A stretch of DNA of 64,000 nucleotides, from positions 44,602,152 through 44,666,151 of the forward strand of contig NC_081364.1 of NCBI RefSeq assembly GCF_030684315.1, in the 5' to 3' direction. Below, piece by piece: positions 63,685 to 64,000 of the stretch. Made by a program: the position numbers and the translations under genes. The stretch comes from Stegostoma tigrinum. Its lineage: Eukaryota. Positions within the stretch are counted from its first letter, which is position 1; each line of letters begins with the position of its first letter. The notes beneath the pieces are model-generated. The model was given only the letters and a program-made list of their open reading frames with translations. It was not told the DNA's origin and did no database searches.

Positions 63685-64000
63685 GACCCAAACATTGCGA
63701 ACCTACTGCTTGCAAAAATGTTCAATTCCTCTCTTGGCGCAGGAGAAGTGCTGAAGGATTGGAGGACAGCCAATGTGGTACTATTATTCAAGAAGGGAGC
63801 CAGGGATAAACCAGGAATCTGCAGGTGGTCAACCTAATATCAGTGGCAGGGGAACTACTGGAAGCAATTCCTGAAGGACAGAATTAATCTGTATTTGGAG
63901 AGGTAGGGATTAATTGAGAACAGTCAGCTTGGTCTTGTTAGGGGAGATCAAGGTCTGACCACCTCGATGAATTATTTAAGGAGGTGGCCGGGCATGTAGA
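63685..64000 (+). mobile_element. CR1 RT fragment running off the window
   Basis: KDWRTANVVLLFKKGARDKPG...LISVAGELLEAI...DRINLYLER. Confidence 0.8.

Overview
Eukaryotic, repeat-dominated DNA, most likely intergenic or from a large intron of a cartilaginous fish (shark). This is inferred from the repeat set: CR1 LINEs with (TTCTATG)n tails, HE1/V-SINE-like tRNA SINEs and abundant Penelope-like elements. I can support no intact host gene, RNA gene or CRISPR array; nearly all longer ORFs are transposon-derived or antisense shadows. Identified content: two large CR1 copies plus many fragments, a Rex1/Babar LINE 3' end, a tRNA-headed LINE with an internal deletion, two decayed Gypsy relics, PIF/Harbinger transposase and Myb/SANT relics, and about 14 Penelope-like (Neptune-type, GIY-YIG) insertions. 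The most striking structure is in the Penelope family. Copies are often inserted as fold-back units with one tailed arm and one arm stopping about 30 nt short at the same site, flanked by 11-15 bp target-site duplications. They carry a minimal hammerhead-ribozyme-like motif (CTGATGA-A-GGGTCTAGGCCC-GAAACGTC), and short non-coding versions fold back at or near that motif. All calls were made by eye, without database searches; boundaries of old repeats are approximate.
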